The notes below the pieces were generated by a model. That model had not been told where the DNA came from, did not search any database, and saw nothing but the letters and a program-made list of their open reading frames with translations. This document shows, one piece after another, positions 15,516 to 15,965 of a stretch of DNA of 15,965 bases (positions are counted from its first letter, which is position 1; each line of letters opens with the position of its first letter). The position numbers and the translations under genes are program-made. Source of the stretch: Deinococcaceae bacterium (GTDB lineage Bacteria; Deinococcota; Deinococci; Deinococcales; Trueperaceae); the NCBI GenBank assembly GCA_040256005.1, contig JBDZWC010000069.1:1-15965 (forward strand). Direction: 5' to 3'.

Positions 15516-15965
15516 CTAGCCGTAGCCGATTTCCTGGACCTTGATGTCGCTTGGCTGCGGCACCGGCCTCCATAGGTTCAAAGCTTGTAAGGCCAGCAAG
15601 GCGAGGAACTGGGTATTCGTCAGCAAGTACCGCTTCCAAAGCCGACCGGGCTCCTGCAGCAGACGGAATAGCCACTGCAATCCGTTCCTTTGAACCCATA
15701 GCGGCGGTTCTCGCAGGAGTCCGGCATGGTAGTCGAATGCGGCCCCGACGGCAAGTACCGGCATCGACAAATGGTCGCCGAACTCGTATGCGAAGACTTC
15801 CTGCCGAGGGCACCCCAATCCTACGAACACCGCCCGAGCGCCAGAGGACTTGATGCTGGCGATAATCTCCTTCTTTTCGTCAGGTGTGATTGTCCTAAAC
15901 CGCGAAGGCTGTCTCCCGGCAACCACGAGACCCGCTGGGCGGACCAGAGCATCAACCGCTTCGCG
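15516..15965 (-). CDS. WecB/TagA/CpsF family glycosyltransferase (GT26), C-terminal part; starts beyond the right edge
   Basis: VFVGLGCPRQE, AVGAAFDYHAG, P.WVQRNGLQWLFRLLQEPGRLWKRY. The frame is open to the window end. Confidence 0.92.
   Translation of the reverse strand, partial: REAVDALVRPAGLVVAGRQPSRFRTITPDEKKEIIASIKSSGARAVFVGLGCPRQEVFAYEFGDHLSMPVLAVGAAFDYHAGLLREPPLWVQRNGLQWLFRLLQEPGRLWKRYLLTNTQFLALLALQALNLWRPVPQPSDIKVQEIGYG

Noticed and set aside
563..15853. Numerous 60-200 aa alternative-frame and antisense ORFs in the track
   Set aside because: They are shadow ORFs expected in GC-rich DNA, overlap well-supported genes and show no recognisable motifs.
15927..15965. The segment REAVDALVRPAGL before the GT26 core looks shorter than the usual helix preceding P-G-L
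   Set aside because: Only 13 codons are visible at the window edge, so a deletion, assembly junction or normal variation cannot be distinguished.
1..15965. CRISPR arrays, IS/transposase, integrase, tRNA/rRNA and defence genes
   Set aside because: No regularly spaced repeats, terminal inverted repeats or diagnostic motifs were seen. The only long repeat is the protein-level paralogy. The NTase-like gene has no CBASS or toxin-antitoxin-type neighbours.

Overview
GC-rich bacterial exopolysaccharide/surface-glycan locus of the Wzx/Wzy-dependent type. It encodes two GT4s (one cut by the left edge and absent from the ORF track), a GT2, a WecB/TagA/CpsF (GT26) transferase cut by the right edge, a WbaP-type priming phosphoglycosyl transferase, UDP-glucuronate decarboxylase, a Wzx flippase, a Wzy/WaaL-like membrane protein and a Wzc-like co-polymerase. 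Unusual elements: (1) a clear c-di-GMP-II riboswitch (2401-2476) with a plausible SD-sequestering platform, upstream of a multidomain lipoprotein; (2) that lipoprotein and a second exported protein share a gapless 358-aa probable beta-helix domain (~67% identity by hand count) but have different N-terminal anchors; (3) the Wzc kinase domain looks catalytically dead (no Walker A lysine, Walker B D->N, no Tyr cluster); (4) an uncharacterised nucleotidyltransferase-fold gene translationally coupled to an SDR; (5) TGTGA half-sites 36-37 nt upstream of -10 hexamers at three internal promoters, which is CRP/FNR class II geometry. The host may be Deinococcota (riboswitch class, TAnnnT leaderless-style start), but that is inference only. 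All calls were made by eye without searches.
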